From assembly GCA_048939465.1 (NCBI GenBank), contig JBHLPL010000005.1:23365-38664 (forward strand): a DNA stretch of 15,300 bases. The letters run 5' to 3'. Positions 14,852 through 15,300 of the stretch are shown piece after piece. Numbering within the stretch: position 1 is the stretch's first letter; every line of letters starts with the position of its first letter. The translations under genes and the position numbers were made by a program. A model generated the notes under the pieces. It saw only the letters and a program-made list of their open reading frames with translations, made no database searches and had not been told where the DNA came from. Source of the DNA: Promethearchaeota archaeon (GTDB lineage: Archaea; Asgardarchaeota; Odinarchaeia; Odinarchaeales; JBHLKK01).

Positions 14852-15170
14852 ATGTTTTATAAGAAAAAACTTGTCAAGAAAAACTGGAGGATAGCAAGGG
14901 TCTTCCAAAGACAGCGAAACTGAAACCCAAATTTCCTTGTTATCGGGCACTAAAAAAGATGGGTCCTGAACTGGGGGATAGTATTGTCCTAACACGCCCA
15001 CTGAAGGCGGACGCGATTATGAAGAAGGTGCTCAAAGGTAGGCTCATCACTTTGAAAAGGAAGGACACACAATCGTTAACAAGGGCAGGAGACTATTTAT
15101 TAAGGACTTAGAAAAAACTAGTCAAAGTGTGGCTCGCGAGCTAGTTGCTGAAAAGGCTGGTCTTTCCTGA
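14852..15170 (+). pseudogene. Disrupted MGMT-family / alkyltransferase-like small protein
   Basis: Three frame pieces: MFYKKK / QEKLEDSKGLPK...MKKVLKGRLITL / EKEGHTIVNKGRRLFIKDLEK. From memory these match the N- and C-termini of a family reading KKTWREKL.DSKGLPK...VPKGKLIT...LE.EGH.V..KG; the middle is missing. One frameshift lies in the A-tract near 14864-14869 and one at the deletion junction near 15055. Confidence 0.65.
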
Positions 15171-15300
15171 TGGGAAGGCACTAAAGCGCTAAGATTTTTT
15201 CTCTGCAGGATATTGATGAAGGGGTGGAAAATCGTCAGGAAACTGTGAAAAGGTCATGAAAAGCAGATGTAGAATCATTCTGTAATGCGCGCGTGCAGTC

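Overview
Archaeal chromosomal window, probably TACK/Asgard-type (inferred from Elf1, Sec61beta, ZPR1, SepRS, a Roadblock/small-GTPase pair and a multi-intron tRNA; the lineage cannot be pinned down from sequence alone). Most of it is a minus-strand housekeeping run: glyA (partial), beta-CASP nuclease, ZPR1, sepS, translin, taw1, elf1, multi-OB RPA, archease, tRNA-binding OB protein, Roadblock and small GTPase. The plus strand carries secG, a truncated sdhA-like remnant, aspA, thiL and a broken MGMT-like gene. The main observation is a 31-nt intron with a canonical bulge-helix-bulge (BHB) motif inside the protein-coding gene elf1 (6739..6769). Removing it restores the conserved VDVYxxFxDxY helix and adds an acidic tail that the ORF track misses. 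The same window holds a tRNA-Thr(CGU) with two BHB-type introns (37/38 and 45/46) that share a sequence motif, and archease, the RtcB ligase cofactor. A weaker second mRNA-intron or non-AUG-start candidate lies at the 5' end of the tRNA-binding protein gene.
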